Shown here: positions 44,377 through 53,055 of the stretch, piece by piece | How the letters are laid out: every line of letters starts with the position of its first letter | Position numbering within the stretch: the stretch's first letter is position 1 | Source: Candidatus Amesbacteria bacterium | GTDB taxonomy: Bacteria > Patescibacteriota > Microgenomatia > CAZETR01 > Amesbacteraceae | Assembly (NCBI GenBank): GCA_027331445.1 | Contig: DAHWUD010000001.1 | Coordinates: forward strand, 109,157 to 168,596 | Length of the DNA stretch: 59,440 bases | Direction of reading: 5' to 3' | Made by a program: the position numbers and the translations under genes | The notes under the pieces: model-generated | Told to the model about the DNA's origin: nothing | The model's database searches: none | Seen by the model: only the letters and a program-made list of their open reading frames with translations

Positions 44377-44883
44377 GTGTCCAAAACTAAATCTTTGTCG
44401 CAAATCTCCTCTTTGTTAGCCAAACACCGGCGGCAAGCTCAAAGCATCGGCCTGATCACCGGTTGTTTTGACCTGCTTCATGCCGGCCATATCGGTTTGT
44501 TTCATTACGCCAAAAAACACGTGGATATTTTAGTCGTTGGCCTGGAAAACGACTCTACCATCGCCTTATCCAAAGGTCAGGGTCGGCCGGTTCACAACCT
44601 GAGGCAAAGAAGCGAGATATTGTCCGAGCTGACCAGTGTGGACTATATTTTTACCATTCCCATCGTCGTCAAATTCGGATCGGGCGCTGATATCCAAAAA
44701 CAATATGTCGACCTGGTCGCCTCAATTCAGCCCGATTACCTCATCACTTCCCCCGCGGCCGACCGCTACTGGCAGCACAAAGAAGCCGGTCTCAGGCCTT
44801 TGGGCATCAGACTCCTAAAGTTTAACGCCCGCCTTCCCGTTTCCACCACCTCGCTTATCGGCCAGCTCCGGAAAGAAATCTAA
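44377..44883 (+). CDS. Cytidylyltransferase/adenylyltransferase family (RfaE domain II/TagD-like)
   Basis: TGCFDLLHAGHI, LVVGLE.D, KG.GRP, R.E.L..L..VDYI, STT.LI. Confidence 0.88.
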   Translation: MSKTKSLSQISSLLAKHRRQAQSIGLITGCFDLLHAGHIGLFHYAKKHVDILVVGLENDSTIALSKGQGRPVHNLRQRSEILSELTSVDYIFTIPIVVKFGSGADIQKQYVDLVASIQPDYLITSPAADRYWQHKEAGLRPLGIRLLKFNARLPVSTTSLIGQLRKEI

Positions 44884-44897
44884 CCGCAATCCGCTTG

Positions 44898-44971
44898 CGG
44901 AGCCGACGGGGTTCGGACCCGCGACCTCTGCCTTGACAGGGCAGCGCTCTAACCAGCTGAGCTACGACTCC
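44898..44971 (-). tRNA. tRNA-Asp(GTC) with T-loop variant TCCGAAC
   Basis: Reverse complement GGAGTCG/CGGCTCC acceptor, CTGCC-ctGTCaa-GGCAG, G discriminator. Confidence 0.92.
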
Positions 44972-45037
44972 ATGTTACGACTCTACTTCCCCAATTTTAC
45001 TATATTTAGGCCAGATTTTATCTGCTACAATGATTTT

Positions 45038-45442
45038 GTGACCAAGCACCGGATCAGAGCCTCCGCCATTATCATAAAAGACGGTAATATAGCCCTTATT
45101 CATCGGCTTAATCACCACCAGGAATATTGGGTATTGCCCGGTGGCGGCATCGAACGGGGAGAAACTCCCCAACAAGCCGTCACCCGCGAAGTCAAAGAAG
45201 AAACCGGGCTGGACGTCATCAGTTGTACTCTGGCCTTTTATGTTAACCGCTTCTCGGAACCGGAAGTTGATCAGCCTTGCTTTTTCTGCGCCGCTTCAGG
45301 CGGAGAGCTAACTTTTACAGGCCCCGAAAACCAGCGTGACCCGCAAAATCTTTACTTTCCCGAGTGGGTCGATGTAAAAACCCTTCCGGGTATGGTAATT
45401 TATCCCGAGATGGCCAAAACACAGCTGCTTGAAATATTATGA
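45038..45442 (+). CDS. NUDIX hydrolase (start re-set to GTG 45038)
   Basis: Nudix box PGGGIERGETPQQAVTREVKEETGL. Confidence 0.92.
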   Translation: MTKHRIRASAIIIKDGNIALIHRLNHHQEYWVLPGGGIERGETPQQAVTREVKEETGLDVISCTLAFYVNRFSEPEVDQPCFFCAASGGELTFTGPENQRDPQNLYFPEWVDVKTLPGMVIYPEMAKTQLLEIL

Positions 45443-47226
45443 AAACATCTAGGACCATGACTAATCAGCAGATTGCAGAGCTGCTGCGGTCCGTTGCCGC
45501 CGCCCTGGAACTGTCTTCCGGGGAGGACAATCGCTTCCGCATCATTGCCTACGAGCGGGCCGCCGACGCCGTCGAACATGCCACTTCCGAGATCAAGGAC
45601 TTGTGGGACGACGGCAAGCTTCAGGATTTACCCGGAATCGGGGAGGGGATTGCCTCTTCCTTGGATGAATTATTCACGACCGGCCGGGTCCGCCATTTCA
45701 ATGCCATACTCCAGCCCTTTTCTCCGGCCTTATTCACCTTGTTATCCGTCCCCGGCATCGGTCCCAAAACCGCCTACAAGCTCACCAAAGCCCTGGGTAT
45801 CTCCCAGCCTCATTCAGCCATAGCCAGGCTGGAAAAAGCCGCTAAGGCCGGCCAGATCCGCCTTATTGAGGGGTTTGGCGCGGATTCCGAAGCCGATATT
45901 CTCAAAAGCATCGCCGAATTAAAAGGCCGTTCCACCCGCCTGCTGCTCCCGCTGGCCCAGGGCCTCGCCCAGTCTGTTCTGGACTGGCTGACCAAAATTC
46001 CCCAGGTCAAACGGGTCGATTTTCTGGGCAGCCTGCGCCGTCAGGCCTCCACGGTAGGGGATATTGACCTGGCTGTAGCCAGCGATGATGCCGCGGCGGT
46101 CATCCGGCACTTCACCGCCTATCCCAAAAAAATCCGCGTCCTGGAAGCCGGGGAACATACGGCATCTCTCATCCTTCCCAACGACATCCAGGTTGATCTG
46201 ATGGTCCAGCCTCCGGCTTCCTACGGTTCACTCCTGCAGCATTTCACCGGATCCAAGCATCACAATATCGCCCTGCGTGAGTTGGCCCTTAAGCGCGGCT
46301 TGTCGCTCTCCGAATACGGCATCAAAGACAAAAATCGCCTGCGCCGATTTTCGTCCGAAGAAGATTTTTATAAGTTTTTAGGTTTTGACTGGATTCCGCC
46401 CGAACTTCGGGAAGACACCGGAGAGTTGGCTGCCGCCAAAATTCACCGCCTCCCTCGCCTGGTCGAACTGGCAGACATCAAAGGCGACCTCCAAATTCAT
46501 AGTGACATTGATGTCGAACCCAGTCACGACTTAGGCGAAAGTTCCCTCACACAACTCGCCGCTGTCGCCCGTGATTTAGGCTATCAGTACATTGGACTGA
46601 CCGAGCACAACCCCAGTATTTCCGGTCACACTTCTAACAAGATAATAGACCTGATAAAGCGAAAAACAAATATTATTGAACAATTTAAAACTAATATGAA
46701 AAATAATCATGAAAATAAACTTGAGATTTTCAACGGTTTGGAGATCGATATTCAGCCTGACGGCACCAGGGCCCTGCCGGATGCCGCACTGGACCTATTG
46801 GACTATGCCTGTGTTTCCCTGCACAGCAGTTTTCGTCTCTCCCGCGCCGATATGACCAAAAGAGTGTTAGCTGCTCTCGACCATCCCCGGGTCCTTTTCC
46901 TGGCCCACCCCACGGCGCGCCTGCTTAACGAACGGGAGGGAGTGGAATTGGACTGGGAAACAATTTTCGACTATTGTCTTAAAAACCATAAGTGGTTGGA
47001 AATTGACGCCTGGCCGAACCGCCTTGATCTGCCCGACTCCCTTGTCAGAACGGCCGTGAAACAAGGCGTGAAACTTATTATTGATACCGACAGCCATTCC
47101 GCTGACCATCTGTCCTTCATGCGCTTTGGCATCTCCGTAGCGCGTCGCGGCTGGGCGACCGCTGCTGATATAATAAACACATTGCCATTAACCCAATTTT
47201 CAAAACTCATTAAAGGAGGTGAATAA
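45439..47226 (+). CDS. polX: DNA polymerase X / PHP fusion
   Basis: FRIIAYERAA, LPGIGEGIA, VPGIGPKTA HhH motifs, GSLRR..TVGDIDL, QVDL, FTGSKHHN. PHP motifs TEH, GLEIDI, AHPT, IDTDSH. Confidence 0.93.
   Translation: MKTSRTMTNQQIAELLRSVAAALELSSGEDNRFRIIAYERAADAVEHATSEIKDLWDDGKLQDLPGIGEGIASSLDELFTTGRVRHFNAILQPFSPALFTLLSVPGIGPKTAYKLTKALGISQPHSAIARLEKAAKAGQIRLIEGFGADSEADILKSIAELKGRSTRLLLPLAQGLAQSVLDWLTKIPQVKRVDFLGSLRRQASTVGDIDLAVASDDAAAVIRHFTAYPKKIRVLEAGEHTASLILPNDIQVDLMVQPPASYGSLLQHFTGSKHHNIALRELALKRGLSLSEYGIKDKNRLRRFSSEEDFYKFLGFDWIPPELREDTGELAAAKIHRLPRLVELADIKGDLQIHSDIDVEPSHDLGESSLTQLAAVARDLGYQYIGLTEHNPSISGHTSNKIIDLIKRKTNIIEQFKTNMKNNHENKLEIFNGLEIDIQPDGTRALPDAALDLLDYACVSLHSSFRLSRADMTKRVLAALDHPRVLFLAHPTARLLNEREGVELDWETIFDYCLKNHKWLEIDAWPNRLDLPDSLVRTAVKQGVKLIIDTDSHSADHLSFMRFGISVARRGWATAADIINTLPLTQFSKLIKGGE
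47166..47174 (+). promoter_or_regulatory. Extended -10 promoter inside the polX 3' end, candidate for lemA-htpX-clpB
   Basis: TGaTATAAT, formed by ATA Ile codons that look uncommon in this window. AAAGGAGGTG SD before lemA. Confidence 0.6.
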
Positions 47227-47229
47227 TCA

Positions 47230-47814
47230 ATGTTGTGGATTTTAATCATTTTAGCCATAGTTCTTCTCTACTTAGCCACGGTTTACAATAGCCTGGTCTC
47301 GCAAAAAACCCATATCAAAGCCTCGATCCAGGAAATTGGTAATCAGCTCAAACGCCAGGCTGACCTGATTCCCAATCTGGAATCGTCCGCCCAGGGCTAT
47401 CTCAAGCACGAGAAGGATATCCTCCGGCTGCTGGCTGAAGCCAGAAAATCCGTCCAATCCGCTGTCAATTCAGGTAATCTCAAATCCCTCTCGGACGCGG
47501 GAGACAAAGTGGCCCAGCTGCTGCCCAAAATTCAGGTGGTCATGGAAAGCAACCCCCAGTTAAAAGGGGCTGATGTCATCACCAACCTCATGGATGAGTT
47601 GCGGGACACTTCAGATAAGGTCATGTACGCCAGGAGGACCCTGATCGATCTCACGGCCGATTACAATATCAAAATCTCCGTCTTCCCTTCCAACCTGGTA
47701 GCAAATTTGTTTCACTTTGGCCCGGAAGCCGGACTCCAGACCCCCACCGATGGCAATTTCCTGCAGGTATCAGACTCTGATACCCAAACCCCTAAGGTGG
47801 CGTTCAAAAGCTGA
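47230..47814 (+). CDS. lemA: LemA family protein
   Basis: N-terminal TM, YNSLV, QLKRQADLIPNL, ESNPQLK, YN..I..FPSNLVA. Adjacent to htpX. Confidence 0.9.
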   Translation: MLWILIILAIVLLYLATVYNSLVSQKTHIKASIQEIGNQLKRQADLIPNLESSAQGYLKHEKDILRLLAEARKSVQSAVNSGNLKSLSDAGDKVAQLLPKIQVVMESNPQLKGADVITNLMDELRDTSDKVMYARRTLIDLTADYNIKISVFPSNLVANLFHFGPEAGLQTPTDGNFLQVSDSDTQTPKVAFKS

Positions 47815-47821
47815 ACTTCTT

Positions 47822-47846
47822 TCCCCTCTCCTACAAAGAGAGGGGA
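47822..47846. other. 9-bp GC-rich hairpin between lemA and htpX (no U-tract)
   Basis: TCCCCTCTC-ctacaaa-GAGAGGGGA. Confidence 0.6.
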
Positions 47847-47872
47847 TGGATGTCAGGTAGTAAAATATCACT

Positions 47873-48799
47873 ATGGTCAATGTTTATGAGGCCGTATCTG
47901 CCAACAAACGCCGAAGCTGGGTGGTGATTGTTTGTTTTGTGGCCTTTATTCTGGGGGCTACCTATCTCATTACCAAAGGCTTTGCCGCTTATTACGGCTA
48001 TCCTTCCTCCGGATTGGAATTCGCCGGTCTGGCCCTGATTATCTCCGGGATCAGCAGCTTCGTTTCCTACTACTACAGCGACAAAATCATCCTCTCCATG
48101 TCCCACGCCCGTCCGGCAGACAGACGCCGGGATTTTGATTTCTACACCGTCACGGAAAATTTGTCTCTGGCCGCCGGCATTCCTATGCCCAAGCTCTACG
48201 TCATCGACGATCCGGCCATGAATGCTTTTTCTACCGGTCGGGATCCGGCCCATGCAGCCGTTTGTGCCACCTCTGGCCTCCTCGCCCGCCTCAACCGCAC
48301 CGAGCTGGAAGGCGTCATTGGCCACGAATTGACTCATATCACCGACTATGACACCCGCCTCATGTCCATTGTCGTCGTTCTCGTGGGTTTGATTACCCTT
48401 CTGGGCGATTGGCTCATTCGCTCTGCCTGGTGGGGTGGCGGCCGCCGCAGCCGGGATTCCGAGGGCGAGAGCGGCTTGTTTATCATCATTGGCTTCGTCC
48501 TGGCCATCCTTTCACCGATTATTGCGCAGCTTATCCAGCTAGCCATCTCCCGCCGCCGCGAATACCTGGCCGACGCCGGCAGCGTTAACCTCACCCGTCA
48601 GCCCAGCGGCCTAATCAGTGCCCTCAAAAAACTGTCCGCTGATAACGAGCCGTTGGATGTGGCCAACAAAGCGACGGCTCATCTGTACATCGTCAACCCC
48701 CTGAAAGGCCACACGGGAGCCGTCTCCTGGTTCGCCAACCTCTTTAATACCCACCCGCCCATTGCCGACCGCATCGCCGCACTACAGGCTATGTCTTAG
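47873..48799 (+). CDS. htpX: Zinc metalloprotease HtpX (M48)
   Basis: NAFSTGRDP, ELEGVIGHELTHI (HExxH), SRRREYLAD, THPP..DRI. Confidence 0.93.
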   Translation: MVNVYEAVSANKRRSWVVIVCFVAFILGATYLITKGFAAYYGYPSSGLEFAGLALIISGISSFVSYYYSDKIILSMSHARPADRRRDFDFYTVTENLSLAAGIPMPKLYVIDDPAMNAFSTGRDPAHAAVCATSGLLARLNRTELEGVIGHELTHITDYDTRLMSIVVVLVGLITLLGDWLIRSAWWGGGRRSRDSEGESGLFIIIGFVLAILSPIIAQLIQLAISRRREYLADAGSVNLTRQPSGLISALKKLSADNEPLDVANKATAHLYIVNPLKGHTGAVSWFANLFNTHPPIADRIAALQAMS

Positions 48800-48804
48800 C
48801 GCCC

Positions 48805-51366
48805 ATGGAACCCCAGAACTTCACCACCGCTGCCCAGTCCGCCCTCGAATTTGCCCTTCAAAGTGCTTCCCAAAACCACCACCCGAAAGTAACTTCCCTC
48901 CACCTGGGTCTGGCCCTGTTATCTGATCCGGATTCGCTGATCGCCACCGCCCTTTCCCGTTTTAATCTCCGGGTTTCGGACATTACCGGCCGGATAAATG
49001 ACCAAATATCCCGACTTCCCCGGGTTTCAACCGATCAAATGCCGAAAATTAGTCCTGAACTTACCTCTGTCCTGCACCAAGCCGCCCGGGAAGCAAAAAA
49101 TCTCAATGATACCTACATAAGCAGGGAACACCTATTCCTAGCACTTCTCTTGACAGAGTGCCAAATATCCTCTATTCTAAAAAACAGCAGTTTAAATTAT
49201 GCTTCTGCTAAACAAATTATCATGAGTGAACGCGGAGCGCAAGCAGCAACTGACCCCGAAGCCGAAAGTCGTTATCAGGCCTTGGCCAAATACACCCTTA
49301 ATCTTACAAATCAGGCCAAAGACGGTCGGCTTGACCCGGTTATCGGCCGGGATGATGAGGTTCGCCGGGTGATGCAGATCCTCTCCCGCCGGACCAAGAA
49401 CAACCCTGTACTTATAGGTGATCCGGGCGTCGGTAAAACCGCCATTGTTGAGGGTTTGGCCCAGCGTATTGTCGCCGGTGATGTCCCGGAGACCCTCAAG
49501 GGTAAAGAGCTTCTGTCTCTGGACCTGGCGGCTCTTCTGGCCGGGGCCAAATTCCGGGGGGAGTTTGAAGACCGCCTCAAAGCCGTGCTTAAGGAAATCG
49601 AAGCCGGCAGCGGTCGGTATCTGCTGTTCATGGATGAATTGCATACTTTGGTAGGTGCGGGAGCTGCCGAAGGCGCCGTCGACGCGGCCAATATCCTCAA
49701 GCCCGCCCTGGCCAGGGGGCTACTCCACGCTATCGGGGCCACCACTATCCGGGAATATCGCCAATACATAGAAAAAGACGCCGCCCTGGAACGGCGTTTT
49801 CAGCCCGTTTTGGTCGGGGAGCCGTCTATCGAGGATAGCATTGCCATACTGCGTGGTCTCAAGGAAAAATATGAACTCCACCACGGAGTCCGCATTACCG
49901 ACGATGCCATTATCGCTGCCGTCACCCTTTCCACCCGCTACATTCCCGATCGTTTTCTGCCCGACAAAGCCATAGATCTAATCGACGAGGCCACCAGCAG
50001 CCTCAGAATGGATATTGACTCTCAGCCCTCCGAGCTGGACGCTCTTAAACGGCGGGCCACTCAGATCGAAATCGAGTTAGCGGCTCTCAAACGCGAGCGT
50101 GAAGAGACCGTGAAAACTCGCCGGGCCGATTTGCAGCGCCAGCTGGCCGATCTAAAAGAATCCATTTCTTCCTGGACTTCCCGCTGGCAGCGGGAAAAGG
50201 ACCTCATCCAAAAGATTCGGGAACTGAGCCGGACCCAGGATCGCCTCCGTCAGGAGTTGGAAACTGCCGAACGCCAGATTCAGCTTGAAAAAGCCGCCGA
50301 AATCAAATACGGTCAGCTGCCGGCCCTGCAAAAACAACAGCAGGATCTGCAAAACCGATTAGCCGCCATTCCCCAGGAAGACCGCGTCCTGCGGGAAGAA
50401 GTCACCGAAGACGACATCGCCAAAGTCGTCGCCCGCTGGACCGGCATCCCGGTTTCCCGCCTCGTATCTTCCGAAAAAAACCGTCTCACCGACCTGGAAA
50501 AAGAACTCTCAAAACTCATCGTCGGTCAGGAAGAGGCGGTTACCCAGGTAGCCAAAGCCATTCGGCGTTCCCGCGCCGGCATTGCCGATGTTAACCGCCC
50601 CATTGCCTCCTTTATCTTTTTAGGTCCTACCGGCGTAGGTAAAACCGAACTCGCCAAAGCTTTGGCCCAAACCCTTTTTTCCGACGAAAACGCCTTGATC
50701 AGGATTGATCTCTCCGAATATCAGGAGCCGCATTCTGTTGCCCGGTTGATCGGGGCTCCTCCCGGTTATGTGGGATTTGAAGAAGGGGGTCAGCTCACCG
50801 AATCCGTGCGCCGCCGGCCTTATTCGGTTATTCTTTTCGATGAAATTGAAAAAGCCCATCGGGATATCTTCAATGTCTTTCTTCAGATTTTGGACGACGG
50901 CCGGCTCACCGACGGTAAGGGCCGGGTCATCAATTTCAAAAACACCATCATTATCATGACCAGCAATTTGGGTTCCGATCTGGTCCGGGAAAATCCTCCG
51001 GACCTTCCTCAAAAACTCAACGCCCTGTTGCATCAGACCTTCCGTCCGGAGTTTCTCAATCGTGTAGATCAAATCATTGTCTTCGACGCTCTGACTCCGG
51101 CTCAGTTGGAAAAAATTGTCGATTTACAGATTCAATTGGTCTCGCAAAGATTGTCAGGCCAGAATATTTCCTTGTCCGTTACTTCGGCCGCTAAAAAATT
51201 GCTATCCCGCATCGGCTATGACCCAGATTATGGAGCCCGGCCGCTCAAACGGGCTATCCAGGACACTATTTTGGACGAGCTGGCCCTGCGGATTATCGAG
51301 AACCAAATAAAACCGGGTGACACCGTCAAAGTTGATGCCAAAGGCGAGAAAATTATGCTAAACTGA
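48805..51366 (+). CDS. clpB: Chaperone ClpB
   Basis: Two Clp_N repeats, GDPGVGKT and GPTGVGKT Walker A motifs, long middle-domain coiled coil, GARPLKR. Confidence 0.97.
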   Translation: MEPQNFTTAAQSALEFALQSASQNHHPKVTSLHLGLALLSDPDSLIATALSRFNLRVSDITGRINDQISRLPRVSTDQMPKISPELTSVLHQAAREAKNLNDTYISREHLFLALLLTECQISSILKNSSLNYASAKQIIMSERGAQAATDPEAESRYQALAKYTLNLTNQAKDGRLDPVIGRDDEVRRVMQILSRRTKNNPVLIGDPGVGKTAIVEGLAQRIVAGDVPETLKGKELLSLDLAALLAGAKFRGEFEDRLKAVLKEIEAGSGRYLLFMDELHTLVGAGAAEGAVDAANILKPALARGLLHAIGATTIREYRQYIEKDAALERRFQPVLVGEPSIEDSIAILRGLKEKYELHHGVRITDDAIIAAVTLSTRYIPDRFLPDKAIDLIDEATSSLRMDIDSQPSELDALKRRATQIEIELAALKREREETVKTRRADLQRQLADLKESISSWTSRWQREKDLIQKIRELSRTQDRLRQELETAERQIQLEKAAEIKYGQLPALQKQQQDLQNRLAAIPQEDRVLREEVTEDDIAKVVARWTGIPVSRLVSSEKNRLTDLEKELSKLIVGQEEAVTQVAKAIRRSRAGIADVNRPIASFIFLGPTGVGKTELAKALAQTLFSDENALIRIDLSEYQEPHSVARLIGAPPGYVGFEEGGQLTESVRRRPYSVILFDEIEKAHRDIFNVFLQILDDGRLTDGKGRVINFKNTIIIMTSNLGSDLVRENPPDLPQKLNALLHQTFRPEFLNRVDQIIVFDALTPAQLEKIVDLQIQLVSQRLSGQNISLSVTSAAKKLLSRIGYDPDYGARPLKRAIQDTILDELALRIIENQIKPGDTVKVDAKGEKIMLN
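49138..49164. promoter_or_regulatory. CIRCE (HrcA operator) inside clpB
   Basis: CTAGCACTT-N9-GAGTGCCAA versus consensus TTAGCACTC-N9-GAGTGCTAA (15/18, exact 9-nt spacer). Confidence 0.8.
49150..49178 (+). promoter_or_regulatory. Sigma70 promoter inside clpB, overlapping the CIRCE
   Basis: TTGACA (49150-49155), 17 nt, TATTCT (49173-49178), in an AT-rich patch. In-frame ATG at 49222. Confidence 0.75.
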
Positions 51367-51371
51367 GCCAT

Positions 51372-51653
51372 ATGGATGTCGCGCATATTGCCCTCTTGGC
51401 CAATCTGTCCGTCACTCCCGAAGAAGCCAAAAGATTTGCCGGCCAGTTTGCCGACACCCTAAAAACCGTCGATTTGATTAATGAACTTGACACCTCCCGG
51501 GCTTCTGCCACCCCCCAGGTGATTGGCCTGGAAAATGTCTCCCGTCCGGATAAAGTTACCCCTCAAACGGTTTTAACCGTGAAGGCCGCCCTCTCCAACG
51601 CTCCCCATACGGATCGCAATTATTTTGTAGTACCGGCCATTTTCGATGACTAA
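51372..51653 (+). CDS. gatC: Glu/Asp-tRNA amidotransferase subunit C
   Basis: VAHIALLANL, LENVSRPD, LSNAP..D..YFVVPAI. Confidence 0.93.
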   Translation: MDVAHIALLANLSVTPEEAKRFAGQFADTLKTVDLINELDTSRASATPQVIGLENVSRPDKVTPQTVLTVKAALSNAPHTDRNYFVVPAIFDD

Positions 51654-53055
51654 ATCCCTTTCCGACCTGACTATCTTTGCGGCCAGGACCGGTCTGACTT
51701 CCCGGGCCTTCAGCAGTTTTGACTTAGTAACGGCCTGTCTCGACCGCATTAAACAGCTCAACCCTGAATTCCATGCCTTTTTAGCCCTTAACGACTCGGC
51801 CTTGACCGAAGCCAAGGCTGCCGACCTAAAAATCTCTGCCGGAGAAGACTTGCCCCTGCTGGGCGTCCCCATAGCCGTTAAGGATAATTTTCTTACTCAG
51901 GGAATTGTAACCACTGCCGCATCAAAGGTATTGGATAATTATTTACCTCAGTATGACGCCACGGTTGTGAAAAAGATGAAAAATGCCGGAGCCATTGTTC
52001 TTGGTAAAACCAATATGGACGCCTGGGCTCACGGATCTTCCACCGAAACCTCCGACTTTGGCCCCACCCTGAATCCCTGGAACTCCAATTATCTCCCGGG
52101 GGGCTCTTCTGGTGGATCCGCCTCCGCGGTTGCAGCGGGCATGTGTCCGGCCGCCATCGGCAGTGAAACCGCCGGATCAATCCGCCAGCCGGCCGCCTGG
52201 TGCGGGGTCACCGGTTTTAAACCCACATATGGCCGCGCCAGTCGTTATGGAGTAATTGCCATGGCCTCATCCACCGACTCCCCCGGTCCGATTACTAAAA
52301 CCGTAGCCGACGCCCGGCTTCTGGCCGGTGTGCTGGCCGGCCCCGATCCTCTGGATGCTACTTCCTCTCCCCGGCCCGCCGAGGAAATTCTGGCCCCCGG
52401 CCCGGACCTGAAACACCTAAAAATCGGCCTGCCCGCATCCTATCTCCTGCCTCAAATGCGGTCGGATGTCAAACAACTTATCCTCGATGCCGCCCTCCAG
52501 TTTGAGAAATTAGGGGCCACCGTTACCGAGATTTCCCTTCTTGACCCCAAATATTCTATCGGCGTTTATACAATTATCCAGAGAAGCGAGGTCTCCTCGA
52601 ACCTGGCCCGTTTTGACGGCATTCGCTATGGCCACGATCGGTCAGCCTTTGGGCCGGAGGCCAAACGCCGGATTATGCTAGGAACTTTTGCTCTTTCCTC
52701 CGGCTATTATGACCGATACTACCACAAAGCCGAACAGGTACGCACCCTGGTCATTCGGGATTTTGCCCGCGCCTTCACCGATGTGGATTTGATTATCGGC
52801 CCCACCTCCCCCGGACCCGCCCTGCCGGTGGGAGCTAGTTTAAATCAGCCCATGTTCGGAGAAATGGAAGATATCCTGGTCGAGCCCAGCAGTATTGCCG
52901 GTCTGACCGGGATCAATGTTCCCTGCGGATTCGTCGATTCCCTGCCCATCGGTTTGCAAATTATTGGCCCGCAATTTGGGGAAGCGGTTGTCCTGTCCGC
53001 CGCCGCCGCTTACCAAAATTCCACTCCCTGGCATGAACACGTCCCCGTCCTTTAA
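51646..53055 (+). CDS. gatA: Glu/Asp-tRNA amidotransferase subunit A
   Basis: IAVKDN, GKTNMD, PGGSSGGSA, GSETAGSIRQPAA.CG, KRRIMLG. Confidence 0.97.
   Translation: MTKSLSDLTIFAARTGLTSRAFSSFDLVTACLDRIKQLNPEFHAFLALNDSALTEAKAADLKISAGEDLPLLGVPIAVKDNFLTQGIVTTAASKVLDNYLPQYDATVVKKMKNAGAIVLGKTNMDAWAHGSSTETSDFGPTLNPWNSNYLPGGSSGGSASAVAAGMCPAAIGSETAGSIRQPAAWCGVTGFKPTYGRASRYGVIAMASSTDSPGPITKTVADARLLAGVLAGPDPLDATSSPRPAEEILAPGPDLKHLKIGLPASYLLPQMRSDVKQLILDAALQFEKLGATVTEISLLDPKYSIGVYTIIQRSEVSSNLARFDGIRYGHDRSAFGPEAKRRIMLGTFALSSGYYDRYYHKAEQVRTLVIRDFARAFTDVDLIIGPTSPGPALPVGASLNQPMFGEMEDILVEPSSIAGLTGINVPCGFVDSLPIGLQIIGPQFGEAVVLSAAAAYQNSTPWHEHVPVL

Noticed and set aside
23569-44971. Introns in the four tRNA genes
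   Set aside because: All fold into uninterrupted 71-75 nt cloverleaves.
45001-45037. LexA/SOS box upstream of NUDIX-polX
   Set aside because: No GAAC-N4-GTTC or CTG-N10-CAG pattern was seen.
47822-47846. Rho-independent terminator after lemA
   Set aside because: Good stem but no U-tract on either strand, so it is listed only as a hairpin.
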